This document shows positions 1 to 10,860 of a DNA stretch of 40,000 nucleotides, piece after piece. Numbering within the stretch: the first letter of the stretch is position 1; each line of letters opens with the position of its first letter. The position numbers were made by a program, and so were the translations under genes. This stretch comes from Pseudocitrobacter corydidari (GTDB lineage: Bacteria; Pseudomonadota; Gammaproteobacteria; Enterobacterales; Enterobacteriaceae), in the NCBI RefSeq assembly GCF_021172065.1, contig NZ_CP087880.1, positions 639,111 through 679,110 of the forward strand. The letters are read 5' to 3'. A model generated the notes under the pieces. The model saw only the letters and a program-made list of their open reading frames with translations. It was not told the origin of the DNA and ran no database searches.

Positions 1-1218
1 ACCAAATTCATCGACCACAAACGCGAAGTGGGTGCGCGCGCTACGGAACTGTTCCAGTGCGGAGAGCAGGGGTAGCGTTTCCGGGAACACCAGCGGCTGG
101 CGGATGAGCGCACGCAGATCCAGCGGCTCATTGCGTAGCGACTGTTGCAGCAGGTCAATTACGTGTACCACGCCTAACAGCTCTTCTTCATCATCGCCGC
201 CGGTGATAACCAGACGCGTGTGCTGGTTTTTCTCCAGCAGCGCGCGGATTTCGCTTTCCGGGGCGCTGAGGTCGATATGCTCGATATCGTGGCGCGAGGT
301 CATGATACTGCTGACGGTACGCTGGTTGAGGTTGAGCACGCGCTCAATCATCATCCTTTCCTGCGGTTCGAAGATAGGATCGTCACGATGGTCGGCAATC
401 ATCGATGCGCTATCGGCATCCAGCTCGGCGTCCTCTTTTCGTCCGCTCAGCAGACGCATCACCGTTTCGGTCGTACGCTGACGCATCGTCAGGTTCGCCG
501 TCAGGAAGCGACGGCGGTTGAAGATGGCCAGCTGGTTCAGGGCTTCAATCATTACCGAGAAGCCGATCGCCGCGTACAGATAACCTTTCGGAATGGCGAA
601 GCCAAAACCTTCTGCGACCAGGCTGAAACCAATCATCAGCAGGAAGCTGAGACAGAGAATAACGATAGTCGGGTGGCTGTTCACGAAGCGGGTGAGGGCT
701 TTACTGGCGAGCAGCATCAGGCTGATGGCAATAATCACTGCTGCCATCATGACCGCCAGATGGTCCACCATCCCGACCGCCGTAATGACCGAGTCGAGCG
801 AGAAGACCGCGTCCAGCACCACAATTTGTGCGACGACGCCCCAGAAACGCGCGCCGCGCCGCTGGGTGGGATTATCGCTGTCTTTACCTTCCAGCCGTTC
901 GTTAAGTTCGACGGTGGCCTTAAAGAGAAGGAAGAGGCCGCCGAACAGCATAATGAGGTCACGCGCGCTGAAGCTTAAATCGCGGAACACAAAAAGCGGT
1001 TTGGTGAGGGTAACCAGCCAGGAAATCGAGGCCAGCAGCACCAGACGCATCAGCATTGCCAGAATCAGGCCGGTGACGCGTGCGCGGTCGCGCTGCGCCG
1101 GAGGCAGTTTTTCTGCCAGGATGGCGATAAACACCAGGTTATCAATCCCGAGAACGAGCTCGATGACGACAAGCGTGATAAGACCCGCCCAGATTGAGGG
1201 ATCGGCAATCCATTCCAT
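1..1218 (-). CDS. yegH: Inner-membrane TerC-family/CBS-domain protein YegH. N-terminal ~406 codons only; the 3' end lies beyond the window start.
   Basis: Reverse-strand translation from ATG (1218-1216) reads [46 protein letters not shown]... The same frame at the window edge reads ...[24 protein letters not shown]. Both match my recollection of E. coli YegH. It is absent from the ORF track because it is open to the window edge. It is divergent from wza, as in E. coli. Confidence 0.9.
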   Translation of the reverse strand, partial: MEWIADPSIWAGLITLVVIELVLGIDNLVFIAILAEKLPPAQRDRARVTGLILAMLMRLVLLASISWLVTLTKPLFVFRDLSFSARDLIMLFGGLFLLFKATVELNERLEGKDSDNPTQRRGARFWGVVAQIVVLDAVFSLDSVITAVGMVDHLAVMMAAVIIAISLMLLASKALTRFVNSHPTIVILCLSFLLMIGFSLVAEGFGFAIPKGYLYAAIGFSVMIEALNQLAIFNRRRFLTANLTMRQRTTETVMRLLSGRKEDAELDADSASMIADHRDDPIFEPQERMMIERVLNLNQRTVSSIMTSRHDIEHIDLSAPESEIRALLEKNQHTRLVITGGDDEEELLGVVHVIDLLQQSLRNEPLDLRALIRQPLVFPETLPLLSALEQFRSARTHFAFVVDEFG

Positions 1219-1466
1219 ACGTTGTTTAATACCTTAAGTCATATGACATTTGTCACACTTCGATCATGGATAAAGCCGGGGCAAATTGCAATGTTTCCCT
1301 GAGATTTGTCCGACTAAAATTGCGTAACCGGAAGTAATAAAACCTTATTGTTACTCCAGTTTATTATAGCAATGACCAATATCTGTTGAAAATAGTGTTA
1401 CGGCAGTGCGGGTAATTGCTTTATGTCAATATAAATAAAATCCTAAAAAATCGTTTTTGTGGCGCT

Positions 1467-1480
1467 TAATATTATTCTTA
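1467..1480 (-). promoter_or_regulatory. Candidate RcsAB box upstream of the colanic acid operon
   Basis: The reverse strand reads TAAGAATAATATTA. This is 11/14 to the RcsAB box consensus TaAGaatatTCctA as I recall it, though the conserved TC is not matched. It lies ~200 bp upstream of the JUMPStart. A second weak candidate is at 1608-1621 (reverse AAAGATTATTCCTG). The transcription start site is unknown, so the position cannot be validated. Confidence 0.3.
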
Positions 1481-1665
1481 AAAACTATTTTTAAGCCGTC
1501 GTTACCTTGCCTGCTGTTTGCATTGCTGTAACAATTCTTCCGGCATTGAATGATAAAGGGCATGGGAACGTATCCGCTAGATATTTATTAGCCGAAAAGT
1601 TTTATGCCAGGAATAATCTTTATTCATTGCCGAAAATGTAGACTTATTTCTAACATTCTGAATTT

Positions 1666-1704
1666 TAGGTGATTTGGTAGCTTAAAGCCAAGGGCGGTAG
1701 CGTG
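1666..1704 (+). promoter_or_regulatory. JUMPStart element with ops (RfaH recruitment site) in the wza leader
   Basis: The sequence is ...ggtgatttGGTAGCTtaAAGCCAaGGGCGGTAGCGTG. The 3' 12-mer GGCGGTAGCGTG (1693-1704) is the canonical ops sequence. It lies ~190 bp upstream of the wza ATG, as expected for a long polysaccharide operon. Confidence 0.85.
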
Positions 1705-1891
1705 CCTGAAGGCGAGATAATCAGCCTCGATTATTCTGTCAATAGCCTGCGGATGAATACGATCTTTTTTAGGATATATGCCATTTATATTCACGCACGA
1801 TTAAATGCATTCTGAATGCTCAGGTAATTGAGATGTTCGGGTTTATTTAATTCGCACAGGATAATTTCTCTGCCAAAGTGATAAATAATCA

Positions 1892-3025
1892 ATGATGAAA
1901 TCCAAACTAAAATTGATGCCATTATTGGTGTCGGTAACCTTTATGAGTGGTTGCACCGTCTTTCCTGGCAGCAATATGTCTACCTACGGAAAAGATGTCA
2001 TTAAGCAGCAAGATGCTGATTTTGATATCGACAAGATGGTGAATGTTTATCCGCTGACCCCGCGACTGATTGAACAATTGCGCCCGCGACCGAATGTCGC
2101 GCAACCGAACACATCGTTGGATCAGGAGTTAAGCAATTACCAGTATCGCGTGGGGCCGGGCGACGTACTGAACGTCACCGTCTGGGATCACCCGGAACTC
2201 ACCACCCCGGCAGGTCAATACCGCAGCTCCAGCGACACCGGGAACTGGGTACAGCCTGATGGCACCATTTTTTATCCTTACATCGGCAAAGTCGATGTGA
2301 AAGGCAAAACCCTCTCTGAAATCCGTCAAGTTGTCAGCCAGCGTCTGGCCGCTTACATCACCGACCCGCAGGTCGATGTGAACGTCGCCGCCTTCCGCTC
2401 GCAAAAAGCGTATGTGTCAGGACAGGTCAACAAGTCGGGCCAGCAGGCGATTACTAACGTGCCGCTGACCGTTCTGGATGCCATCAACGCCGCAGGCGGC
2501 CTGACCGATATGGCCGACTGGCGCAACGTGGTGCTGACGCATAACGGGCGCGAAGAGCGCATCTCGATTCAGGCGCTGATGCAAAACGGCGACCTGAAGC
2601 AGAACCGACTGCTCTATCCGGGCGACATTCTGTTCGTACCGCGTAACGACGACCTGAAAGTGTTCGTGATGGGTGAAGTGAAGAAACAGAGCACCCTCAA
2701 AATGGACTTCAGCGGCATGACGCTGACCGAAGCGCTGGGCCAGGCGGAAGGGTTGGATCTCACCTCCTCGAACGCCAGCGGCATCTTCGTGATCCGTCCG
2801 ACCAAAGAGGGCAACAACGGCAAGATGGCGAATGTTTATCAGCTCGATATGTCCGATGCGACCTCGCTGGTGATGGCGACCAACTTCGTGCTGCAACCGT
2901 ATGACGTCGTGTACGTGACGACCGCGCCGGTAACGCGCTGGAACCGTCTCATCAACCAACTGTTGCCGACCATCAGTGGCGTTCGCTACATGACGGACAC
3001 GGCAAAAGACATTCACACCTGGTAA
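1892..3025 (+). CDS. wza: Outer-membrane polysaccharide export lipoprotein Wza (OPX family)
   Basis: 377 aa. Has a lipoprotein signal with lipobox ([10 protein letters not shown]). Near-colinear with E. coli Wza as recalled ([14 protein letters not shown]...[13 protein letters not shown]). First gene of the cps operon. Confidence 0.97.
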   Translation: MMKSKLKLMPLLVSVTFMSGCTVFPGSNMSTYGKDVIKQQDADFDIDKMVNVYPLTPRLIEQLRPRPNVAQPNTSLDQELSNYQYRVGPGDVLNVTVWDHPELTTPAGQYRSSSDTGNWVQPDGTIFYPYIGKVDVKGKTLSEIRQVVSQRLAAYITDPQVDVNVAAFRSQKAYVSGQVNKSGQQAITNVPLTVLDAINAAGGLTDMADWRNVVLTHNGREERISIQALMQNGDLKQNRLLYPGDILFVPRNDDLKVFVMGEVKKQSTLKMDFSGMTLTEALGQAEGLDLTSSNASGIFVIRPTKEGNNGKMANVYQLDMSDATSLVMATNFVLQPYDVVYVTTAPVTRWNRLINQLLPTISGVRYMTDTAKDIHTW

Positions 3026-3031
3026 GCGGCC

Positions 3032-3475
3032 ATGTTTAATAAAATTTTGGTGGTATGTGTGGGGAACATTTGCCGTTCCCCAACGGGGGAGCGTCTGCTG
3101 AAAAGCCATTTGCCTTCACTCACCATTGCGTCCGCAGGTTTGGGCGCGCTGGTGGGGAAGGGGGCAGATGCCAGCGCGGTGAGCGTGGCAGCAGACCATA
3201 AACTCTCTCTGGATGGGCATTGCGCCCGCCAAATTTCCGGCGCGATGTGCCGGGAGTATGACCTGATTCTGGCAATGGAACGCCGCCACATCTCGAAACT
3301 GCATGACATCGCGCCGGAAATGCGCGGCAAGGTGATGCTGTTTGGGCACTGGGATGATGAACGCGACATTCCCGATCCCTATCGCAAAAGCCGCGAAGCC
3401 TTTGAAGCGGTGTATCAGTTACTCGACCGGTCTGCTCAACAGTGGGCGCAGGCACTGAAAGCTCAGCAGGGATAA
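3032..3475 (+). CDS. wzb: Low-molecular-weight protein-tyrosine phosphatase Wzb
   Basis: 147 aa. Carries the CX5R(S) active-site loop CVGNICRSP at the N-terminus and a DP motif (IPDPY). Position between wza and wzc. Confidence 0.97.
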   Translation: MFNKILVVCVGNICRSPTGERLLKSHLPSLTIASAGLGALVGKGADASAVSVAADHKLSLDGHCARQISGAMCREYDLILAMERRHISKLHDIAPEMRGKVMLFGHWDDERDIPDPYRKSREAFEAVYQLLDRSAQQWAQALKAQQG

Positions 3476-3477
3476 CA

Positions 3478-5640
3478 ATGACAGAAAAAGTAAAACAGAT
3501 AGCCCCGCAGGCCACGGGCAGTGATGAAATTGATATTGGTCGTCTGGTGGGCACGGTCATCGAAGCGAAATGGTGGGTGCTCGGTATTACCGGTGTGTTT
3601 ACGCTGGTGGGCATCATCTATACCCTTTTTGCAACGCCGATTTACAGTGCTGATGCGCTGGTGCGCATTGAACAAAATCAGGGCAGCGCGCTGGTGCAGG
3701 ATATCAGCAGCGCTCTGAGCAATAAGCCGCCGGCATCTGATGCGGAGATCAGAATGATCACCTCGCGTCTGGTGCTGGGCAAAACCGTTGACGACCTTGA
3801 CCTCGATATTTCGGTTGAGAAAAACACCTTCCCGCTGATTGGCGCAGGGTGGGATCGCCTGATGGGGCGCAAAAACGAAACGGTCAAAGTCACCACCTTT
3901 AATCGCCCGCAGTCGATGGCGGAAAGCACCTTTACGCTGGAAGTGCTGAGCCCGACGCGCTATCAGCTGAGCAATGACGACGGTTTCAGTGCTCAGGGCG
4001 AAGTAGGCAAACCGCTGGAGAAAGGCGGCGTGTCGCTCCTGGTGACGGCGATCGCCGCCCATGAAGGCGCATCGTTTACCCTGACGCGATTCTCCACCCT
4101 CGGCATGATTAACTCGCTGCAAAACAGCCTGAGCGTCACGGAAGATGGTAAAGATTCCGGCGTGCTGACCCTGAGTATTACCGGGGAAGATAAAGAGCAG
4201 ATCCGCAAGATCCTCGACAGCATTGCGCGTAACTATCTTGAACAGAACGTGGCGCGAAAATCTGAAGAGGCGGCGAAAAGCCTCGCCTTCCTCGACAAAC
4301 AGCTGCCGGTGGTGCGCCACAATCTCGACGTTGCGGAAAACAACCTCAACGCCTATCGCCAGCAGAAAGACTCCGTTGACCTGCCGCTGGAAGCGAAATC
4401 CGTGCTCGATTCAATGGTTAACATTGACGCGCAGCTTAATGAACTGACCTTCAAAGAAGCGGAAATCTCCAAACTCTACACGCGTATTCACCCGGCTTAC
4501 CGCACGCTGCTGGAAAAACGTCGGGCGCTGGAAGAAGAGAAAGCGCGCCTGTCAAAACGGGTGACCGCGATGCCGAAAACGCAGCAGGAAATTGTGCGTT
4601 TAACGCGTGATGTGGAATCCGGCCAGCAGGTGTACATGCAACTGCTGAATAAACAGCAGGAGCTGAAAATCACCGAGGCCAGCACCGTGGGCGATGTGCG
4701 CATCGTCGACCCGGCGATCGCTCAGCCGGGCGTGGTGAAGCCGAAGAAAGCGCTGATTATTCTTGGCAGTCTGATCCTTGGCCTGATGCTCTCTATCGTT
4801 GGCGTACTGCTGCGCTCGCTGTTTAACCGTGGTATCGAAAGCCCGCAGGTGCTGGAAGAGCACGGCATTAATGTTTACGCCAGCATTCCGCTGTCCGAGT
4901 GGCAGAAAGCGCGTGACAGCGTGAAAACGGTGAAAGGCGTGAAGCGCTATAAACAGAGCCAGCTGCTGGCAGTCGGTAACCCGACCGATCTGGCGATTGA
5001 GGCGGTGCGCAGCCTGCGTACCAGCCTGCACTTCGCCATGATGCAGGCGGGCAACAAGGTGCTGATGATGACCGGTGTTAGCCCGTCAATCGGTAAAACC
5101 TTTGTCTGCGCCAACCTCGCGGCGGTGATAAGCCAGACCGGCAAGCGCGTGCTGATGATCGACTGTGATATGCGTAAAGGCTATACCCACGAACTGCTGG
5201 GGACCAGCAACGATAACGGTCTGTCGGACGTGCTGGTGGGGAAAGCGGATATTGCGTCCTGCGCGAAACGCACCTCGATTAACAACTTTGACCTGGTACC
5301 GCGCGGTCAGGTACCGCCGAATCCGTCGGAGCTGCTGATGAGCGAGCGATTCAGCGAACTGATGAGCTGGGCCAGCGCCCATTATGACCTGATCCTTATC
5401 GATACGCCGCCAATCCTGGCCGTCACCGATGCGGCGATTGTGGGTCGTCATGCCGGTACCACCCTGATGGTGGCGCGCTACGCGGTGAACACCCTGAAAG
5501 AAGTGGAAACCAGCCTCAGCCGCTTCGAGCAAAACGGCATCGAAGTGAAAGGGGTGATCCTGAACTCCATCTTCCGTCGCGCGACGGGCTATCAGGATTA
5601 CGGCTACTACGAATACGAATATAAATCTGATTCTAAATAA
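3478..5640 (+). CDS. wzc: Tyrosine autokinase / polysaccharide co-polymerase Wzc
   Basis: The ORF track starts at 3442. The in-frame ATG at 3478 (MTEKVKQIAPQ...) matches the E. coli Wzc N-terminus and gives 720 aa. Has a Walker A (GVSPSIGKT) and a C-terminal tyrosine cluster (YQDYGYYEYEYKSDSK). Confidence 0.96.
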   Translation: MTEKVKQIAPQATGSDEIDIGRLVGTVIEAKWWVLGITGVFTLVGIIYTLFATPIYSADALVRIEQNQGSALVQDISSALSNKPPASDAEIRMITSRLVLGKTVDDLDLDISVEKNTFPLIGAGWDRLMGRKNETVKVTTFNRPQSMAESTFTLEVLSPTRYQLSNDDGFSAQGEVGKPLEKGGVSLLVTAIAAHEGASFTLTRFSTLGMINSLQNSLSVTEDGKDSGVLTLSITGEDKEQIRKILDSIARNYLEQNVARKSEEAAKSLAFLDKQLPVVRHNLDVAENNLNAYRQQKDSVDLPLEAKSVLDSMVNIDAQLNELTFKEAEISKLYTRIHPAYRTLLEKRRALEEEKARLSKRVTAMPKTQQEIVRLTRDVESGQQVYMQLLNKQQELKITEASTVGDVRIVDPAIAQPGVVKPKKALIILGSLILGLMLSIVGVLLRSLFNRGIESPQVLEEHGINVYASIPLSEWQKARDSVKTVKGVKRYKQSQLLAVGNPTDLAIEAVRSLRTSLHFAMMQAGNKVLMMTGVSPSIGKTFVCANLAAVISQTGKRVLMIDCDMRKGYTHELLGTSNDNGLSDVLVGKADIASCAKRTSINNFDLVPRGQVPPNPSELLMSERFSELMSWASAHYDLILIDTPPILAVTDAAIVGRHAGTTLMVARYAVNTLKEVETSLSRFEQNGIEVKGVILNSIFRRATGYQDYGYYEYEYKSDSK

Positions 5641-5650
5641 CGTGCAGCGT

Positions 5651-5727
5651 GCCGGGTGGCGCTGCGCTTACCCGGCCTACGATTCGACCCGTAGGCCGGA
5701 TAAGACGCGAATGCGTCGCCATCCGGC
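5651..5727. repeat. BIME: two inverted REP units in the wzc-wcaA gap
   Basis: GCCGGGTggcgctgcgcttACCCGGCctac, then gtaggCCGGATaagacgcgaatgcgtcgccATCCGGC. These are classic enterobacterial REP stem-loops in opposite orientation. Confidence 0.85.
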
Positions 5728-5763
5728 ATGTCAGCCATGACTTTGCTTCTCCGGGGGATCCTC

Positions 5764-6606
5764 ATGACCACAGAAAATCCATTGATCTCTATCTATATGC
5801 CGACCTGGAATCGCCAGCAGTTGGCAATCCGCGCCATCAAATCGGTGCTGCGCCAGGATTACCCGAACTGGGAGATGATCATCGTCGATGATTGCTCCGA
5901 ATCGTACGAACAGCTTCAGCAGTTTGTCACCGACCTGAACGACCCCCGTGTGTGCTACATCCATAACGACGTGAATTCCGGCGCGTGCGCGGTGCGTAAC
6001 CAGGCCATTATGCAGTCGAAAGGCCAGTTTATTACCGGTATTGATGATGACGATGAATGGACGCCAAACCGTTTGTCGCTGTTTCTCGAACAAAAACACC
6101 AACTGGTGACTCACGCGTTTCTGTATGCCAACGACTATCTTTGCCAGGGCGAAGTCTACTCGCAGCCGGCGAGCCTGCCGCTGTATCCGAAATCGCCGTT
6201 TTCCCGCAAGTTGTTCTATAAACGCAACATTGTCGGCAACCAGGTGTTCAGCTCGGCGTGGCGTTTCAAAGAGTGCCTGTTCGATACGCAACTGAAAGCG
6301 GCGCAGGATTACGACATCTTCCTGCGCATGGTGGTGGCCTACGGCGAGCCGTGGAAAATCGAAGAAGCGACGCAGATCCTGCACATCAACCACGGCGAGA
6401 TGCAAATCACCAATTCGCCGAAAAAGTTTTCCGGCTACTTCCATTTTTACCGCAAGCACAAAGATAAATTTGACCGGGCGAGCAAGAAATACCAGCTCTT
6501 CACCCTGTATCAGATCCGCAATAAACGCATGAACTGGCGCACGTTGTTGACTCTGTTTTCGGTGCGCAACGGCAAACGCCTCGCTGACGGGCTGCGGGGG
6601 AAATAA
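5764..6606 (+). CDS. wcaA: Colanic acid glycosyltransferase WcaA (GT2)
   Basis: The in-frame ATG at 5764 gives MTTENPLISIYMPTWNRQQLAIRAIKSVLRQDYPNWEMIIVDD..., matching the E. coli WcaA N-terminus. The upstream extension from 5728 runs into the REP element and is rejected. Confidence 0.95.
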   Translation: MTTENPLISIYMPTWNRQQLAIRAIKSVLRQDYPNWEMIIVDDCSESYEQLQQFVTDLNDPRVCYIHNDVNSGACAVRNQAIMQSKGQFITGIDDDDEWTPNRLSLFLEQKHQLVTHAFLYANDYLCQGEVYSQPASLPLYPKSPFSRKLFYKRNIVGNQVFSSAWRFKECLFDTQLKAAQDYDIFLRMVVAYGEPWKIEEATQILHINHGEMQITNSPKKFSGYFHFYRKHKDKFDRASKKYQLFTLYQIRNKRMNWRTLLTLFSVRNGKRLADGLRGK

Positions 6607-6608
6607 TC

Positions 6609-7097
6609 ATGCTGGAAGATTTACGTGCGAACAGCTGGAGCCTGCGCCCGTGCTGCATGGTAATGGCGTATCGCATCGCCCATTTTTGCTCCGTGTGGCG
6701 CAAGAAAAATGTGCTCAACAATCTGTGGGCTGCGCCGATGCTGCTGCTCTACCGCTTCGTGACCGAGTGTCTGTTTGGCTACGAAATTCAGGCCGCCGCG
6801 ACGATTGGCCGACGCTTCACCATTCACCACGGTTATGCCGTGGTCATCAATAAGAACGTGGTGGCGGGCGATGATTTTACCATTCGCCACGGCGTCACCA
6901 TTGGTAACCGTGGGCCAAACAGCCTGGCGTGTCCGGTGATTGGCAACGGCGTTGAACTCGGCGCCAACGTGGTGATTATCGGCGATATCACCATCGGTAA
7001 TCAGGTCACCATCGGCGCAGGCAGCGTCGTGCTGGATAACATCCCCGACCATGCGCTGGTGGTGGGTGAGAAAGCGCGGGTGAAGGTACTGAAATGA
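6609..7097 (+). CDS. wcaB: Colanic acid O-acetyltransferase WcaB (left-handed beta-helix / hexapeptide repeat)
   Basis: 162 aa. Hexapeptide repeats are visible (IGNGVELGANVVIIGDITIGNQVTIGAGSVV). Conserved position. ATGA overlap with wcaC. Confidence 0.95.
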   Translation: MLEDLRANSWSLRPCCMVMAYRIAHFCSVWRKKNVLNNLWAAPMLLLYRFVTECLFGYEIQAAATIGRRFTIHHGYAVVINKNVVAGDDFTIRHGVTIGNRGPNSLACPVIGNGVELGANVVIIGDITIGNQVTIGAGSVVLDNIPDHALVVGEKARVKVLK

Positions 7098-8311
7098 ATA
7101 TTATGCAATTTAACGTTCGCCTGGCGGAAGGCGGCGCGGCAGGCGTGGCGCTGGATCTTCATCAGCGCGCGCTGGCCCAGGGTATGAACTCGCAGTTTAT
7201 CTACGGTTATGGCAAAGGCGGCAAAAAAAGCGAAAGCCATGACCGCTACCCGAATGTGATTAAACATACGGCGCGAGCCACCTCGATAGCCAATCTGGCG
7301 CTATTTCGTCTGTTTAACCGCGATCTGTTCGGTAATCTGAACGGGCTGTATCGCACGGTGACGCGCACGACCGGCCCGGTGGTGTTGCATTTTCATGTGC
7401 TGCACAGCTACTGGCTCAATCTGGCAGAGGTGGTGAAATTCTGCCAGCGGGTGAAAGCGCATAAACCCGACGTGACGTTCGTCTGGACGCTGCACGATCA
7501 CTGGAGCGTCACCGGTCGCTGCGCGTTTCTCGACGGCTGTGAAGGCTGGAAGAGCAACTGCGCGCAGTGCCCGACCCTCAGTAACTACCCGCCGGTGAAG
7601 GTGGATCGCGCCCATCAGCAGGTCGATGAAAAACGCGCGCTGTTTCGCCAGATGCTGGCGCTGGGCTGCAACTTTATTTCCCCGAGCCATCACGTGGCCG
7701 ACGCGTTTAATAGCCTGTACGGCGCGGGTCGCTGTCTGGTGATTAATAACGGCATTGATGTGGCGACAGAAACCATTCTGGCCGATCTTCAGCCCAAAGC
7801 GGCAAACGCGCAGCGTCCGAAAATTGCCGTGGTGGCGCATGATCTGCGTTACGACGGGAAAACTAATCAGCAACTGGTGCAGGCGCTGATTGCCCTCGGT
7901 GATAACGTGGAAGTACATACCTTCGGTAAATTCTCACCCTTCAGCGCGGATAACGTGGTGAATCACGGTTTCCTGACCGATAAACGTCAGTTGATGAGCA
8001 AACTCAACGGCATGGATGCGCTGCTGTTCAGCTCACGCGTCGATAACTACCCGCTTATTCTGTGCGAGGCGTTGTCGATTGGCGTGCCGGTCATTGCGAC
8101 GCACAGCGATGCCGCGCAGGAAGTGTTGAATAAATCGGGTGGGCACACGGTTGATGACAGCGACGTGCTGCGTCTCGCGCAGTTACCGAAAGCGGAGATT
8201 GCACAGGCGATTTTCGGCACCACGCTTGCGCAGTTCAGCGCCCGTAGCCGCCAGGCCTACAGTGGTCAACAGATGCTGGAGGAGTATGTCTCGTTCTATC
8301 AGAATCTGTAG
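7094..8311 (+). CDS. wcaC: Colanic acid glycosyltransferase WcaC (GT4-like)
   Basis: 405 aa. Conserved order between wcaB and wcaD. N-terminus MNI.QFNVRLAEGGAAGVALDLHQRA as in E. coli WcaC. Confidence 0.95.
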   Translation: MNIMQFNVRLAEGGAAGVALDLHQRALAQGMNSQFIYGYGKGGKKSESHDRYPNVIKHTARATSIANLALFRLFNRDLFGNLNGLYRTVTRTTGPVVLHFHVLHSYWLNLAEVVKFCQRVKAHKPDVTFVWTLHDHWSVTGRCAFLDGCEGWKSNCAQCPTLSNYPPVKVDRAHQQVDEKRALFRQMLALGCNFISPSHHVADAFNSLYGAGRCLVINNGIDVATETILADLQPKAANAQRPKIAVVAHDLRYDGKTNQQLVQALIALGDNVEVHTFGKFSPFSADNVVNHGFLTDKRQLMSKLNGMDALLFSSRVDNYPLILCEALSIGVPVIATHSDAAQEVLNKSGGHTVDDSDVLRLAQLPKAEIAQAIFGTTLAQFSARSRQAYSGQQMLEEYVSFYQNL

Positions 8312-9509
8312 CTATCTGCTGCTACCGCTAATCTACCTGCTGGTTAACGTTAAAATTGCCCAGCTCGGCGAGAGTTTCCCGATAACCATCGTTACTTTTT
8401 TGCCGCTGCTGCTTTTACTCTACGTTGACCTGATTAACCTGAAAAAGTTGATGATTGCGCTCGGCGCGGGGGCAGGGCTGACGCTGTTTAACTATCTGTT
8501 CGGCCAGTCTTACGATGCCAGCAAGTACGTTACCTCGACGATGCTGTTTGTCTACATCGTGATTATTGTCGGCATGGTGTGGAGTATTCGCTTCAAGGTG
8601 ATTTCGCCGCATAACCACCGCAAAATTTTGCGTGGTTTTTATATGGTGATAGGCGTCATCGTCATGCTGGCGGCCGTCGAGATGCTGCAAATTATTGTCT
8701 CCGGTGGCAGTAGCCTGATGGAGACGATTTCGAAATATCTTATATACAGTAACAGCTATGTTCTGAATTTTATCAAGTTCGGCGGTAAGCGTACCACCGC
8801 ACTTTATTTCGAACCGGCATTCTTCGCTCTGGCGTTAATCTCAATTTGGCTCTGTATCAAACAGTTCGGTATCAAAACCCCTAAGGCAGATGCTATGATT
8901 CTGGCAGGGATAATTCTTTCAGGATCATTTTCCGGGGTAATGACGTTTATCCTGTTTTATTTGCTGGAGTGGGCTTTCCAGTATCTGAACAAAGATGCCA
9001 TTAAGAAAAAACTGCCGTTGGCGATTATCTCACTGGCCGTATTTTTAGTGGGTTTAGTGTTTGCCTTTCCATATATATCTGAGCGCCTGGGTGATTTGGG
9101 GACGGAAGGTTCGTCATCCTATTACCGTATTATTGGCCCGCTGGTGATGGTCGGTTACTCGCTGACCAATATTGATGGCATTGTGCGTTTCGGTTCTCTT
9201 TACGAATATGTGGCATCATTCGGAATCTTTAACGGTGCGGATGTCGGAAAAACAATAGACAATGGTTTGTATCTGCTCATTATTTATTTTTCGTGGTTCG
9301 CAGTGATATTGACGGCATGGTACATGATTAATGTCGGAAAGATGACAATTAACGCTTTTGGGAATAATCGCAATTTCCGAGTGCAGTTGTTTCTTTTTAC
9401 GCCAATATCGCTGTTTTTTACCGGTTCAATATTTAGCCCGGAATATGCATTTTTAATTGTCTGTCCATTTATTTTGCGTAAAGCACTCAATATGGCAGAC
9501 AGCGGATAA
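8286..9509 (+). CDS. wcaD: Colanic acid polymerase WcaD (Wzy-type)
   Basis: The in-frame ATG at 8286 gives [34 protein letters not shown]..., matching the E. coli WcaD N-terminus (407 aa, polytopic). The ORF-track extension to 8139 is just the overlapping tail of wcaC read in another frame. Confidence 0.94.
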   Translation: MSRSIRICSYLLLPLIYLLVNVKIAQLGESFPITIVTFLPLLLLLYVDLINLKKLMIALGAGAGLTLFNYLFGQSYDASKYVTSTMLFVYIVIIVGMVWSIRFKVISPHNHRKILRGFYMVIGVIVMLAAVEMLQIIVSGGSSLMETISKYLIYSNSYVLNFIKFGGKRTTALYFEPAFFALALISIWLCIKQFGIKTPKADAMILAGIILSGSFSGVMTFILFYLLEWAFQYLNKDAIKKKLPLAIISLAVFLVGLVFAFPYISERLGDLGTEGSSSYYRIIGPLVMVGYSLTNIDGIVRFGSLYEYVASFGIFNGADVGKTIDNGLYLLIIYFSWFAVILTAWYMINVGKMTINAFGNNRNFRVQLFLFTPISLFFTGSIFSPEYAFLIVCPFILRKALNMADSG

Positions 9510-9522
9510 GGTGGAAAAAACA

Positions 9523-10269
9523 ATGCTGCTGAGTGTCATTACCGTCGCGTTTCGTAACCATGACGGCATCGTCAAAACCTGGCGCTCACTGGCGCATCTG
9601 GCAAACGATCCGAGCATCCAGTTTGAGTGGATTGTGGTCGACGGCGGGTCGGCTGACGGCACGGCGGAGTTTCTGGAAAAACGTAACAGACAGTACAACT
9701 TACGTTATGTCAGCGAGCCGGATAACGGCCTGTACGATGCGATGAATAAAGGCATCACGATGGCGAAAGGCAAGTTTGCGCTGTTCCTGAACTCCGGCGA
9801 TGTGTTTCATCAGGATGTCTCACAATTTGTGCGCCAGCTGCGTAATAAAAAAGATGATGCGATGTATCTGGGTGATGCGATGCTCGATTTTGGTGATGGC
9901 ACGCAGTTAACCCGTCGGGCGAAAAGTGGCTGGTATATTTACCACAGCCTGCCCGCCAGTCATCAGGCTATCTTCTTCCCCACCGTGGGGTTGAAACAAA
10001 ATCCATATGATATGCAATATCGCGTTTCATCTGATTATGCGCTGGCCGCCAAAATGTATAAAGCAGGCTATGCCTTTAAACGCATTAAAGGGCTGGTGTC
10101 TGAATTTTCGATGGGCGGCGTGTCAACCACTAATAATTTACAGTTGTGTCAGGATGCAAAAAATGTTCAGCGTGAAATATTACGTATGCCAAAACTTCTG
10201 ACGGAATTGTCTTATTTATTACGTCTGCGCACTACCGGAAAAACGAAAGCCTTATATAACAAATCCTGA
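9523..10269 (+). CDS. wcaE: Colanic acid glycosyltransferase WcaE (GT2)
   Basis: ATG at 9523, preceded by AAGGTGG, gives [12 protein letters not shown]... (248 aa), matching E. coli WcaE in length and N-terminus. Confidence 0.95.
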   Translation: MLLSVITVAFRNHDGIVKTWRSLAHLANDPSIQFEWIVVDGGSADGTAEFLEKRNRQYNLRYVSEPDNGLYDAMNKGITMAKGKFALFLNSGDVFHQDVSQFVRQLRNKKDDAMYLGDAMLDFGDGTQLTRRAKSGWYIYHSLPASHQAIFFPTVGLKQNPYDMQYRVSSDYALAAKMYKAGYAFKRIKGLVSEFSMGGVSTTNNLQLCQDAKNVQREILRMPKLLTELSYLLRLRTTGKTKALYNKS

Positions 10270-10284
10270 ATATAAGGAAAAAGT

Positions 10285-10833
10285 ATGCAAGATTTATCGG
10301 GATTCTCCGTGCCGAAGAATTTTCGTGGGGCGGGGGGTATTAAAGTGCAATTATGGTGGGCGGTGCAATCTACGTTGTTTGCCTGGTCGCCGCAAATACT
10401 CTATCGCTGGCGCGCATTTTTGTTACGCCTGTTTGGCGCAAAAATAGGAAAAAACGTAGTCATCCGACCCTCGGTAAAAATTACCTATCCGTGGAAACTA
10501 ACCCTCGGTGATTATGCCTGGGTAGGCGATGACGCCGTGTTATATACGCTGGGCGATATTACCATCGGCGCAAATTCGGTGGTGTCACAAAAGTGTTATT
10601 TGTGTACCGGAAGCCATGACTTCCAGAGTCAACATTTTGATATTACCGCCGCACCGATTGTGATTGGCGAGAAATGCTGGCTGGCGACGGATGTGTTTGT
10701 CGCCCCCGGCATTGAAATTGGCGACGGCACCATCGTTGGTGCGCGAAGCAGCGTTTTTAAATCGCTTCCGGCAAACGTGATTTGCCGTGGCAACCCCGCA
10801 GTGGTGATACGCGAACGCGTTGAAACTGATTAA
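10285..10833 (+). CDS. wcaF: Colanic acid O-acetyltransferase WcaF (hexapeptide repeat)
   Basis: 182 aa. Hexapeptide repeats present (LGDITIGANSVV..., IEIGDGTIVGARSSV). Conserved position before gmd. Confidence 0.95.
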   Translation: MQDLSGFSVPKNFRGAGGIKVQLWWAVQSTLFAWSPQILYRWRAFLLRLFGAKIGKNVVIRPSVKITYPWKLTLGDYAWVGDDAVLYTLGDITIGANSVVSQKCYLCTGSHDFQSQHFDITAAPIVIGEKCWLATDVFVAPGIEIGDGTIVGARSSVFKSLPANVICRGNPAVVIRERVETD

Positions 10834-10860
10834 TTTCTGATAAGTACAGAGGATAAAAAC

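Noticed and set aside
32-1237. Three overlapping plus-strand ORFs (32-481, 220-978, 593-1237), plus a 71-aa minus-strand ORF at 747-962 that lies out of frame with yegH
   Set aside because: The minus strand reads as a clean YegH orthologue, open to the window edge. The plus-strand translations are low-complexity, Arg/Ser/Ala-rich shadow ORFs typical of GC-rich antisense frames.
3442-3477. N-terminal extensions suggested by the ORF track for wzc (3442), wcaA (5728), wcaD (8139), wcaE (9457), galF (24715) and the first GT2 (27454)
   Set aside because: Internal ATGs reproduce the known orthologue N-termini and lengths. The extensions overlap upstream genes or REP elements.
5649-5891. 80-aa ORF starting in the wzc-wcaA spacer
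   Set aside because: It is built on the REP/BIME palindromes and then runs out of frame through wcaA, so it is not a credible gene.
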